Below, one piece after another: positions 1-9,764 of a stretch of 64,000 bases of DNA (the first letter of the stretch is position 1; each line of letters starts with the position of its first letter). The notes under the pieces were generated by a model. It had not been told where the DNA came from, did no database searches, and was given only the letters and a program-made list of their open reading frames with translations. The position numbers were made by a program, and so were the translations under genes. Location: the NCBI GenBank assembly GCA_048885925.1, contig JBHLLG010000009.1, positions 1 to 64,000 of the forward strand, written 5' to 3'. The stretch is from Candidatus Hermodarchaeota archaeon. GTDB lineage: Archaea; Asgardarchaeota; Lokiarchaeia; Sigyniarchaeales; SOKP01.

Positions 1-233
<233 letters not shown>

Positions 234-437
234 AATTTTTTTGAAGCTTGTTACAAGAACTTAAATCAATTTTTTGAGATATATCTCATCACACTTAGGG
301 TTTCTTAATCACACTTTCTTCAGTTATAATTATTTCTTATATAACTACATTTTTTTTATCGCATCTTTGACTCAACTCTTCATTTAACGGATATTTACCG
401 TAATCAAAGCTTACGCCGGTAAAGATACGATTTGCTA

Positions 438-449
438 ATATATAAAAAA
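438..449 (-). promoter_or_regulatory. Candidate TATA box of rRNA promoter
   Basis: TTTTTATATA on minus strand about 210 nt upstream of mature 16S, ahead of a hairpin-rich leader. Confidence 0.4.
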
Positions 450-569
450 GGAACAAAGTATTTTAAATTTTTGTGTTTTTCTGGTTTATTTCAAGTTTTA
501 ATTAATAAATTATCGTAGTTTAAAAATCTCTATTAAAATAAAAAGATATCATTTCAAGAACAGAATATA

Positions 570-1580
570 ATGTTTAAAATGCATCTAAAAGATAAAATTG
601 GAATACATTTGGACCAAATAAAGCAACTTAAAGGCGTAGAGAATGCTGTTCTAACTCAGCGAGATGGTAATCCTATTCAAGCTACCGGCGTATGGTTTTC
701 TAAAGATGAAATTTTCAATGTAAGTTCTGCAACAAGTGCTATATTTAATGTAGGGATTCATTTACATCCAAAAGATTTAAAATACATTTTAATAGAGGGT
801 AAAAAAGCAAAAATATTAATTGCTCCATTAAATAGTCCGGTACATGAATCCTTAAATAAAATACTACAAACTCAGGGGATTTTAGATTATAATCATGAAT
901 ATTTTATCGCAATTACAGCTCAGCCAAATATCAATTTAGGAGGTATTTTTTTACAAACGAATGAATGTTTAAAAAAAATTAAAACAACTCTAATAACATC
1001 GGGAGAATGTTTTAAACCACCTCTAATTCAGTTTAATAATCAAAAAATTCAAAGAATCATCGAAGGTTTTAATATTAAAGAAACAGAGAACTTTGATCTG
1101 CATTTATCTTCATTTTCGATCAGTTTTTCTGAGACGATATCATTAGAATTAAGGAAAGTTCTAAGTAATATCTCTTTAACGATTCCTGATTTAAAATATG
1201 CATTTATTACAATTGAGGGCGGTTTTATTGCATCTCAAATTTTAAAAAAAGTTGAAATCGATTCTGAAAAATTAGATAAAATCTCAGCAATGAGTTATTC
1301 ACTTTTTCAGACAGCCAATAGATGTGCTTGGTTATTAAAAAAAATGCAAGCTGAAAGAATTTTACTTGATTGTAAAGATTCCTTCCAGTTTATTGATGGA
1401 TTAGGAAAAGCTATTTTTAGTACAGAAATTGGTAAACTTAGACAAAAATTAGGATTAATAAGATTAATACTTCCGCAATTTTCAAAAAAAATTAATAACC
1501 TTATTAAAGAAGCATCAGAAGTTCAAGACCATCGAATATTTGATATTAAAAGAATGCTAGGAGAGTTAATAATAAAGTAA
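570..1580 (+). CDS. Tandem Roadblock/LC7 (MglB-like) domain protein
   Basis: Two repeats of the roadblock pattern: GVENAVLTQRDGNPI..VSSATSAIF and DLKYAFITIEGGFIAS..KISAMSYSLF. Confidence 0.85.
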   Translation: MFKMHLKDKIGIHLDQIKQLKGVENAVLTQRDGNPIQATGVWFSKDEIFNVSSATSAIFNVGIHLHPKDLKYILIEGKKAKILIAPLNSPVHESLNKILQTQGILDYNHEYFIAITAQPNINLGGIFLQTNECLKKIKTTLITSGECFKPPLIQFNNQKIQRIIEGFNIKETENFDLHLSSFSISFSETISLELRKVLSNISLTIPDLKYAFITIEGGFIASQILKKVEIDSEKLDKISAMSYSLFQTANRCAWLLKKMQAERILLDCKDSFQFIDGLGKAIFSTEIGKLRQKLGLIRLILPQFSKKINNLIKEASEVQDHRIFDIKRMLGELIIK

Positions 1581-2489
1581 TTGGGTGAAATTATGAATTT
1601 CTTTGATTTTTTAGATAAATTAAAGCGAAATTATAATTCAATAATTCTTTATTGTCTATTAGATAGAATTCCAATTGTTATATTGGGAGATGATTCAGAT
1701 TATATTGATAACATTTTAATCGAACTTTCTGAACTTGTTCATTTTCGTAAAGATTATATCTTTTATACTGATTTTATCTCAAAAATTGAGTATGAAAATC
1801 TTATTTCAAATGAAGAAATAGATTATAATTATCAACGGGCGCATATTAGATGCCCTTGTAATGTTTCTTTCAAGGCATTAAATCAATTTGATAAAATTCA
1901 ATCATGGCTTATTGGATTAAAAAACTCAGAGGAAAAAGAGCAATTAAATTATATCAAAAATCTGATTAAAAAAAAAGCAAATGAGATTCTATATATTATA
2001 ATTACTCCTAAAGATATTTACATAGATTTAGAAGGAGTAAATATAAAATCAATAGATTTAACATTTGAACAAAATATTTTCAAAAAAATTTCTCAAGATA
2101 CTGAAAAATCCATTGCAAAGATGAAGAGAGTATTATCAGATAAAATAACTACCAATAAACTTGATAAAGATTTAGTAAAAACATTGTTAGATTTTGATCA
2201 AGAAAAAAGCGAATTAAAAAAGAATATTTTTAAAAGAGAAATTCAAAATTTCTATTCTGGTTCAAAAAGAGCATTTTTTATTTTCTCTAGATTACAATTA
2301 TTAAATAATTTAGAAGTTCAAACAAGTATTGGAAGTAAAACGCTCCTAGAAACAATAGATTATGAAGAAGCATCAATAGAAAGAATAATTTCTTTTATAA
2401 AAAAAGAATGGGGTGAAAATTATTCAGATTTAATTGAAGATGGTAAAAAAGCATTCATTGGTGATAAATTAGTTTCACTTTGGGGTTAA
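1581..2489 (+). CDS. Hypothetical protein, cDENN/folliculin-C-like N-terminus
   Basis: ILYCLLDRIPIVILGDDSDYIDNILIELSEL resembles the core DENN helix-strand-helix; abuts the roadblock gene; start may be ATG 1593. Confidence 0.55.
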   Translation: MGEIMNFFDFLDKLKRNYNSIILYCLLDRIPIVILGDDSDYIDNILIELSELVHFRKDYIFYTDFISKIEYENLISNEEIDYNYQRAHIRCPCNVSFKALNQFDKIQSWLIGLKNSEEKEQLNYIKNLIKKKANEILYIIITPKDIYIDLEGVNIKSIDLTFEQNIFKKISQDTEKSIAKMKRVLSDKITTNKLDKDLVKTLLDFDQEKSELKKNIFKREIQNFYSGSKRAFFIFSRLQLLNNLEVQTSIGSKTLLETIDYEEASIERIISFIKKEWGENYSDLIEDGKKAFIGDKLVSLWG

Positions 2490-2496
2490 AAAAATT

Positions 2497-3090
2497 ATGA
2501 TTTTTAATTATGAAAATAAAACTTTACAAATTAAAATAGTATATTATGGACCTGCGATGTCCGGAAAAACAACATCTATAAAAGCTCTCTTTTCTTATTT
2601 TAAAAAAGAAAATAAAGTAAAATCAATTGATAGCTCAGTAGGACGTACATTATTTTTTGATTTTGGCGTTTTAGAATTCAAGGGAACCGTATGGGGTGTA
2701 AAATTTTTGATTTATTCCGCAACGGGTCAAGATTTTTATGCTAGCACTCGACCAGCAACCTTAAATGGAGTAGATGGAATAATTTTTGTTGTTGATTCTC
2801 AAATCGAATGTTTACAGTATAATATTAGATCTTGGAATGAATTAAAAACATTATTTGGTCAGGAATTTTATAATATTCCAATTGTGATTTCATTTAATAA
2901 GTGTGATCTATTAGAATTAGAATCTTTAGAGAAAAAGGAATTTTTATCATATATAGAATTTAATAGATTTAAAAGCATAACATTAGAAAGAACAGTAGCT
3001 ATAAGGGGAGAAGGTGTATTAAATTCATTTAATCAATTAATTAAATTTTTATTTCCACAAATGAACATTAATTTAAGTGTAACTTACTAA
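2497..3090 (+). CDS. MglA-like small GTPase
   Basis: KIVYYGPAMSGKTT, GRTLFFDF, ATGQ, GVDGIIFVVDSQ, NKCD. Confidence 0.9.
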   Translation: MIFNYENKTLQIKIVYYGPAMSGKTTSIKALFSYFKKENKVKSIDSSVGRTLFFDFGVLEFKGTVWGVKFLIYSATGQDFYASTRPATLNGVDGIIFVVDSQIECLQYNIRSWNELKTLFGQEFYNIPIVISFNKCDLLELESLEKKEFLSYIEFNRFKSITLERTVAIRGEGVLNSFNQLIKFLFPQMNINLSVTY

Positions 3091-3287
3091 TTTTTATTGT
3101 TATTCTTCTTCTCAACTTTCACATACATATTTTTTGATATTCTTTTTATATATCCCTGTAAATAAAATTGTTTAAGTAAATTTCTGACTTTTCTAACTTC
3201 TAAAGCATCAATTCTTAAAATGCTCATTAGTTGAAATATTGAAAATTGTCTTGGTAAATTATTTTTTATATTGCTATATAAGCCCAT
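3087..3287 (-). CDS. Small winged-helix-like protein
   Basis: 66 aa, VRNLLKQFYLQGYIKRISKNMY wing-like motif. Confidence 0.6.
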   Translation of the reverse strand: MGLYSNIKNNLPRQFSIFQLMSILRIDALEVRKVRNLLKQFYLQGYIKRISKNMYVKVEKKNNNKN

Positions 3288-3389
3288 TATTAATTCACGT
3301 TATTTAATTTAAATTTAATCAAAAAAATGAAGATGAATTTTTATACTTTTTTTAAAATATTAAAAAGTTATAAAGCGGAGTTTAGGTTT

Positions 3390-3474
3390 TTGTAATCCTC
3401 AAAGTAACTATAACTTATCATCCCTACTTAGAGTAGATCATTATTGTTTAGTTTTTCTCATCGAATTTTTACAA
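3390..3474 (-). ncRNA. Box C/D guide sRNA, predicted target LSU rRNA helix 69 (A1913, E. coli numbering)
   Basis: Minus strand: C-like TCGATGA, D' ATGA, CTACT/AGTAG hairpin, C' ATGATAA, guide AGTTATAGTTACT, D TTGA; flanking TTGTAA/TTACAA stem; guide complementary to GUAACUAU(A/G)AC. Confidence 0.75.
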
Positions 3475-3585
3475 CCTTAATGAACTCCTTATATATTTAT
3501 GAATAAAAATTTAGTTTAAGATTTAATTAACAAAAAACTAAAATCATATATAATTTTAAAAGATTATTCGAAAGCCATAAAAAAC

Positions 3586-4272
3586 TTAAAATTCGCGAAA
3601 ATCTTTGAAATTATCTCCAATTGGGGCCTCTCCATCACCATATATTTGATATAATCCTGTTCTTCTAGCACATTCCGAAAAACTACGATAAACGTTTTTT
3701 CTTTGCTCATATAAAGCACAAGATCTATAGATTATAGGATTCCAAATATATAATTTATGATCAGGCTCATACAAAAGTTTTTCATCTTTTAATACTTGTT
3801 TAAAATCTTCTTCCCCTATTACTTCCGTAAGATCTTGTTTATTAAGCATGATTATAAGGGGAATCTCTTTTATCAATTTGCCTCTAGTAACATTCTTCAA
3901 TTCTTTTAAAGATTCTATATTATCTTCAAAGAATTGAGTTTGCGAATCAACAGTAAATATAACTCCATCAGTTCCCTTGAAAATTTTTTTTCTTAAAGGA
4001 GAAAACCTTCTTTGACCAGCAACAGTATAAACATGGTAAAATACTTTTCCTCTACTCTTTTGTTTTGTTGATTGAAATATTCCTCTATCGAAATAAAGGG
4101 TCGATCCACTAGCCATTGAGATTTTTGTTAGATTTCCTGTAGGTTCAATATCTTTTTCATTTTCTTTTGTATATCTATATAAGGTGTCTACTATAGTTGT
4201 TTTTCCCGATCCCGCCATACCCCAATAGAGGATTTTTATATATACCTTATGATCTGCTGTAAATCGAACCAT
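3586..4272 (-). CDS. MglA-like small GTPase (second paralog)
   Basis: KILYWGMAGSGKTT, STLYFD, YTVAGQ, GTDGVIFTVDSQ, NKQD, SCA. Confidence 0.9.
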   Translation of the reverse strand: MVRFTADHKVYIKILYWGMAGSGKTTIVDTLYRYTKENEKDIEPTGNLTKISMASGSTLYFDRGIFQSTKQKSRGKVFYHVYTVAGQRRFSPLRKKIFKGTDGVIFTVDSQTQFFEDNIESLKELKNVTRGKLIKEIPLIIMLNKQDLTEVIGEEDFKQVLKDEKLLYEPDHKLYIWNPIIYRSCALYEQRKNVYRSFSECARRTGLYQIYGDGEAPIGDNFKDFREF

Positions 4273-4499
4273 TGAAAAAATTACCTTGGAGATTGAATTA
4301 TGAATTAAAAAAAACTACTTATTTGAATAAGACTTGTAAGGAACTTGCTATTAACAAAATATTGTATTAATTTTTATTAAAATATATTAATACTTATTAT
4401 TATAATTTAGTATTTATAATACCTTTTTGATATTTTAACTTAATGTTTAAACCATTATTTCAAAAATTAAAAATCACTTTTGTTAAAACAAATAAGTAA

Positions 4500-4745
4500 T
4501 TATTTTAATTCTATAAAAGTCTCTCCTAATCGAATTTTGTAATTACACCATAAAATCAGTTGTTTATAACCTTCACCAAAATAACCTTCTCTAATTATCA
4601 AATTAATGATATCAGAGTACATGATTTCTCTTTTTCCTTTTAAAATTTTATATAATTTATTAATGATCTTTTTTAATATTTCAATATTACTAAAGGGAAT
4701 TTCTTTTATATTTTCTCTACTAATAGAAGTGGGATTCATTTTCAT
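4500..4745 (-). CDS. Hypothetical protein
   Basis: 81-aa ORF filling the intergenic space; no motif recognised. Confidence 0.5.
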   Translation of the reverse strand: MKMNPTSISRENIKEIPFSNIEILKKIINKLYKILKGKREIMYSDIINLIIREGYFGEGYKQLILWCNYKIRLGETFIELK

Positions 4746-4972
4746 AATAATTAATTTTTGTTTAAAATTTCATATTTGAGATTGATATATTTCTAAAATG
4801 AACATTTTAAATTCATATTTTTTTTACTTTTACTCCTCTATCCCACTTTCCCTAGGGTATGTTTTTCTATTCTAGAATCAAGAAGCTTCTATTTCCAATA
4901 TCATTCTTCTACAAAACTAAAATATTGATGGAGAGAAATTTAAAATTCAAATTTTTAAAAAAGTTTTTATAA

Positions 4973-5998
4973 ATGGACAGAATTAACGATATGATAGAAG
5001 ATCCTAAAAATTGTCCTGAATGTGGAGGAAATATAGTACTTAACAGCTTTGAGAAAATCTGCAGTAAATGTGGATTAGTAATTACTAAATTTTATAGAGA
5101 AACAGCCTTCATGTTTAATCGTTTAAAAAGTATGAATAGCTCGAGTAAACAATATGTTGCTCTAGGAGATAGAACTGATTTCATTGGAGGTTTAGGTTCA
5201 TTTATTGATTATGAAAAATCTAAATATCTAAAAGATAAAAGTGGAAAACTTTTACCTCCAAATGAACAAAAATTATTTAGGAGATTGAAAAAAAATTATG
5301 CTCAATTTCTCAGAATTAAAGATCATGAGACCGAATATAGAGTTTTTAATATTTTAAATAAAATTTCATTATATCTTAACCTCAACAAAAATATTCGTAA
5401 TAATGCTGCTTATTATTATAAAAAAGTAATTAAAAATGAAGAAAAAATCATCAATAACATTTCCCTAATAGCTTTTTGTATCTTTTATGCCGCGAGGAAA
5501 GAATTTCATAATGCTCCTATTACGATTAATGAGATTTCGAATGGATTTCAAAATTTCGGGCACCGTGTGAATCCAAGGTTGATTTTAAGAGACGGTATAA
5601 AATATAAGCACCATTTAAGCAATGAATCTGCACCTCATAAGAGTGAAGATTATCTTGTAAGATTAATAGATGAAATCATGAATCAAAGGAAATTAGAAGA
5701 ACGATTAATAAAAAAAGGAATAAAATGGTCTAAAAATGAATTCCAAAATAAATTGATAATACAATGTCATGATGTTTTAAAAAAGTTACCTCTATGGCAA
5801 AGAGGTGGGAGAAATCCATTCATTTTGACTGGAGCGATTATTTATTTGGCAGATAAATTGATAGCTAAACAAAATAATCAAAAAGCAGTCTTAACTCAGA
5901 AAATTATATCTGAAGCAACTAAAATTGCTGAATATTCTATCAGAGATCATTATGTAAATCTTTTAAAACCTATTTTTATGAAACAGTGGAAAAAGTAA
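4973..5998 (+). CDS. tfb: Transcription factor IIB (TFB) paralog, divergent
   Basis: Zn ribbon CPECGG..CSKCGLV; cyclin repeats; GRNP motif; TQKIISEATKIAEYSIRDHY HTH. Confidence 0.88.
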   Translation: MDRINDMIEDPKNCPECGGNIVLNSFEKICSKCGLVITKFYRETAFMFNRLKSMNSSSKQYVALGDRTDFIGGLGSFIDYEKSKYLKDKSGKLLPPNEQKLFRRLKKNYAQFLRIKDHETEYRVFNILNKISLYLNLNKNIRNNAAYYYKKVIKNEEKIINNISLIAFCIFYAARKEFHNAPITINEISNGFQNFGHRVNPRLILRDGIKYKHHLSNESAPHKSEDYLVRLIDEIMNQRKLEERLIKKGIKWSKNEFQNKLIIQCHDVLKKLPLWQRGGRNPFILTGAIIYLADKLIAKQNNQKAVLTQKIISEATKIAEYSIRDHYVNLLKPIFMKQWKK

Positions 5999-6115
5999 GA
6001 ATATGAAAAAATCGTTATAAAATGTTGTAATGAAGTTATAACACATTAAATTTTTTAAATAGAATGAATTTATTATTATTATCAGAATAATTAATTGACT
6101 AGTTCATTATTTTCT

Positions 6116-6226
6116 GCTTCTGTAGTGTAGTTCGGTCAATCTAACCTTTTTTCTATAAAATTTGGTTAGGATTAAGCATTTGAGGCTCTCACCCTCGAGA
6201 CCCGGGTTCAAATCCCGGCAGAAGCA
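6116..6226 (+). tRNA. tRNA-Glu(CTC) with 36-nt D-arm intron (6140-6175)
   Basis: Acceptor GCTTCTG/CAGAAGC, anticodon arm TGAGG-CTCTCAC-CCTCG, T arm CCGGG-TTCAAAT-CCCGG; BHB-type intron boundaries. Confidence 0.95.
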
Positions 6227-6319
6227 TTGATAAATTTATATTAAATATTATTCAAAACTTAATTTCAATGAACAAAAGATTAAAATGAAATCTAGAAAAA
6301 TTCTATTTCATTATATTAA

Positions 6320-6685
6320 TTATTTCTCTAAAGGAAGTTTATTAAGAATGTCAAAACAAGATGTTAAAATATTTATATGGGTTTTAATAAGCGAAATTTG
6401 AGTTTCCTTTCTTAATTTTTGCGTAATAAATTGAATTTTTTCTAATAAGACATCTTTTAATAATGATAATACTTCATTTTGACCTTTTGTAATTTGGTCT
6501 TCATTATACTTTAATTTTGATTTTTTAATTTTATTATCTTGAGGATAAGAATTGTCTTCAATTATAACTTCTCTATTACAAGTTGGACAGAAGGTATTTC
6601 CATTTTTATTTCGAAAAATTGGATTATTACAAACAGGACAAGCTAAATTTAACATTGTATTTCCAGATCTAAGAAGATCTGCCAT
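6320..6685 (-). CDS. UPF0148 / Sjogren autoantigen-1-like Zn-ribbon protein
   Basis: MADLLRSGNTMLNLACPVCNNPIF...FCPTC. Confidence 0.88.
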   Translation of the reverse strand: MADLLRSGNTMLNLACPVCNNPIFRNKNGNTFCPTCNREVIIEDNSYPQDNKIKKSKLKYNEDQITKGQNEVLSLLKDVLLEKIQFITQKLRKETQISLIKTHINILTSCFDILNKLPLEK

Positions 6686-6770
6686 TTTTTTTATGTTTTC
6701 GTTAATTTTTATCCCTGGTCGTTCTAAATTAAATTATTTATTTTACTAAATAAATATTTCTTATAATAGT

Positions 6771-6965
6771 TTATTCCTTTTCCTTAATTTTTAATAAGTT
6801 TACAATATATCCTGAGATTCTATTTCTCAAGTGCTTTGAATCTACTTCAAGATATTTATCCAATAATTTTTTATTTTTTTCAAAATCGGTTGTAAACACA
6901 TTTGGGTATCTATTTATTAATTCTTTTGAAACATTTTTAATTAAAATAGTTCGAACTTTTCCCAT
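6771..6965 (-). CDS. rps17e: 30S ribosomal protein eS17
   Basis: MGKVRT..FTTDFEKNK..SKHLRNRISGY. Confidence 0.97.
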   Translation of the reverse strand: MGKVRTILIKNVSKELINRYPNVFTTDFEKNKKLLDKYLEVDSKHLRNRISGYIVNLLKIKEKE

Positions 6966-7027
6966 TTCTATTACAAATTTTATTCATTTCTTATTTTGAA
7001 ATTAAATATTTGGTAAAATAAATTTTT

Positions 7028-8296
7028 TTGGAATTATCGAGGTTTTTATACATAAAATTAGAGATATTTAGTGTGAAAAAAAAATATCTTCTTATTTTTC
7101 CATTACTAATCTTAATGAATCTTTTAAGTGTAATCCATTTTGCTAACGGATTTTACTGTAATTTAAATTTCCTAAATACTAATAAAATTGAATATTTTAT
7201 TGATGAAGGAATTAAAATTAATGCTTCCTGGCAATTAGACTATAATATTAATAATGAAATCGCGTATGTTCAAGTTCAATTGTTTGATGAATTTGACAGA
7301 TGTGTCTGGAATTCTTCTGAATATGATGAAATCGGGATTTTTGTAAAAAATTGGACTTTGGAATTAGAAAATTTAACATATAATTTTAATAATAATTCTT
7401 TCTTCCTCTCTATAAAATTTTTCAGTTTCTATTTTCAAATTGATACAACTAATACAATTTGTACTTTTTTAGATACAATTAAAATTATGATAATTAAAAG
7501 AGAACCTTTATGTCAATTAACTGGATATAGAGACCACATAGAATACGGGGAAAGCTTACAAATTAAAGCAAAATTTTATGATGAATTATCAGAAAATAAT
7601 ATAAATTTTATCAATCAAACAATAGAATTTCTAACAACATTTAATAGTTTAATAATATATCAGTACAATCGAACTGTGAATGAATCGGGAATGGTTATTT
7701 TATATATTTCTTCTTTTTTACATTTAAAGATAGGACAAAATTTTATGATTTTTACACTTAGAAATAATAAAATATATAATGATTCAAGATTTATTTACGG
7801 AATTTTTGTCGAGAAAAATCCTATCTATATTGATATTTTACAGTTTACAAATGTATTAAAAGAAAAAGAAGATTTAGAATTAAAATTGCGTTATTATTAT
7901 TATTTCAATCAAAATCAAACATATCTTGCAGATTATTTGATTATTATTAAGATTTTTCACATAAGTTCTTTAATTTTTATTCAAGAATTTAAAACAGACA
8001 AGTTTGGGAATTTATCAGTCATAATTCCTCAAAAAGATTTTAACTTTAATCCAAAAATAGAGGAATTGACTATAAAAATAATTTTCAACGGGACTTCTTA
8101 TATTGGAAATAAAACTTTATTATTTAACCTTATTATAAATCAAGACACAATTATAAATATAAAAAAATCATTTCAAGTAAATTTCTTTGTTTTCTTATCG
8201 ATATTGATTATAATAATAATTTTTATCATGATAGCTATAAATAACAATAGAAATAAATATGAAAAACTATTATCCGATTTAGTGATAAGATATTAA
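7028..8296 (+). CDS. Beta-rich secreted/membrane-anchored protein
   Basis: Signal-like KKKYLLIFPLLILM (likely start GTG 7073), several NxS/T sequons, C-terminal TM helix. Confidence 0.7.
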   Translation: MELSRFLYIKLEIFSVKKKYLLIFPLLILMNLLSVIHFANGFYCNLNFLNTNKIEYFIDEGIKINASWQLDYNINNEIAYVQVQLFDEFDRCVWNSSEYDEIGIFVKNWTLELENLTYNFNNNSFFLSIKFFSFYFQIDTTNTICTFLDTIKIMIIKREPLCQLTGYRDHIEYGESLQIKAKFYDELSENNINFINQTIEFLTTFNSLIIYQYNRTVNESGMVILYISSFLHLKIGQNFMIFTLRNNKIYNDSRFIYGIFVEKNPIYIDILQFTNVLKEKEDLELKLRYYYYFNQNQTYLADYLIIIKIFHISSLIFIQEFKTDKFGNLSVIIPQKDFNFNPKIEELTIKIIFNGTSYIGNKTLLFNLIINQDTIINIKKSFQVNFFVFLSILIIIIIFIMIAINNNRNKYEKLLSDLVIRY

Positions 8297-8564
8297 ATGT
8301 AGTATGAAAAATTATTATATTATTCAACAAAATAAAATAATATAACTAATTTTCAATTAATTAATAACCAGTATATAAATCTTTAAAATTTTTGTTAGAT
8401 GAGCTTATTACATTCATAAATTTAAAGAATTAATAATATTTACTATTAAGAAATCGATTGAATCTTTAAATAATATTATAATAAAAAATTAATACTCTGT
8501 ACTTTATTATAAGCTATTGTTTTCTTAAATCACCATAAAATCCCTTTTAATAAATAAAATAATT

Positions 8565-9764
8565 ATGGAATATTTTGAAGAACTATTGAAAAGACCCTCG
8601 ATTTTCAAGAATGAAAGCAAACTCGATATAAACTTTGTTCCTAATAAATTACCACATCGCGATAAAGAACTTTCATTATTGTCTCAACTTTTTTTAGGAT
8701 TAATCACTAATCCGAATTCCATCTCAAGAAAAATATTAATAACTGGAAAAACAGGAATAGGAAAAACAGTAACTGTAAAATTATTTGGAGAATTATTGGA
8801 ACAGGCTTCAGAAAAAAGGAATATAAATATAAAATATATCCATATTAATTGTAGAAAAGAAAGGACTAGTTATAAAGTTTTAATAACAATTATTCAATTA
8901 TTAAATAAACAATTTCCAAAAAGAGGATATTCTTTACAAGATTTATTAGATATTCTTATTGAACTTCTTAATCAACAGAATTTACACCTTTTAATCGCAT
9001 TGGATGAATTAAGTTATTTGATAAACAATCGAGAAGATTTAGTTTACTTATTAACTCGGATTAATGATGATTCCATAAAGGATGACCAGAGAATATCTAT
9101 TATTGGAATTGTAAGAGATCTTTCATGTCTAAATAATTTAGATAATAGTACTTTGAGTACATTGCAAAGAAATATAATTCAATTTAATAAATATTCTAAA
9201 GATCAAATTTTTGATATTTTAAAGTATCGGATAGATATAAGTCTTAAAGAAAAGGTATTATCTGACAAAATTATTGAAATGATCTCAGATATCACATTTG
9301 ATTCTGGTGATATTAGATACGGTTTAAATATTTTATGGAGAGCTTGCAAAATCGCTGAAAGTAAAAGTCTAAAATATGTATCTCTTGAATGTATTAGACT
9401 TGCGAATCAAGATTTACTTCCATTTTCTGCTTTAGATACTTTAGAAGATATGACATCTCAAAAATTACTCTTTTTACTAGCTATTATAAGAGCTTTAGAT
9501 GAGAGTGATAAAAGCAAAATTTCATTTACAAAAGCCCTAGGAATTTATTATATTATATGTGAAAATATGAGATTAAATCCTAGATCTCATTCTCAAATTT
9601 GGAATTATCTGCAGGAATTTAAAAGAGAAAGTATAGTAAAGATCCAAATCATGAGCAAAGGAATAAAAGGAAGAAAAATTTTTATCGAAATTCCTGATTT
9701 AAGTTTATCTAACTTGGAAAAGAAAATTGTAGAAACATTAGGTTCAAAAGGAATTAGAATATGA
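8565..9764 (+). CDS. cdc6: Orc1/Cdc6 replication initiator
   Basis: FVPNKLPHRDKEL, Walker A GKTGIGKT, HINC, Walker B LDE, GDIR, C-terminal wHTH. Confidence 0.95.
   Translation: MEYFEELLKRPSIFKNESKLDINFVPNKLPHRDKELSLLSQLFLGLITNPNSISRKILITGKTGIGKTVTVKLFGELLEQASEKRNINIKYIHINCRKERTSYKVLITIIQLLNKQFPKRGYSLQDLLDILIELLNQQNLHLLIALDELSYLINNREDLVYLLTRINDDSIKDDQRISIIGIVRDLSCLNNLDNSTLSTLQRNIIQFNKYSKDQIFDILKYRIDISLKEKVLSDKIIEMISDITFDSGDIRYGLNILWRACKIAESKSLKYVSLECIRLANQDLLPFSALDTLEDMTSQKLLFLLAIIRALDESDKSKISFTKALGIYYIICENMRLNPRSHSQIWNYLQEFKRESIVKIQIMSKGIKGRKIFIEIPDLSLSNLEKKIVETLGSKGIRI

Noticed and set aside
6552-6749. Shadow ORFs antisense or out of frame to real genes (also 11421, 17598, 21616, 24803, 26877, 39640, 39842, 42944, 43613, 45273, 45774, 46228, 46353, 49219, 49305, 50818, 51106, 54182, 61328, 62541)
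   Set aside because: They overlap well-supported genes and have no recognisable motifs.
8297-8564. Replication origin upstream of cdc6
   Set aside because: AT-rich, but no ORB-like repeats or G-strings are visible, so it cannot be supported.
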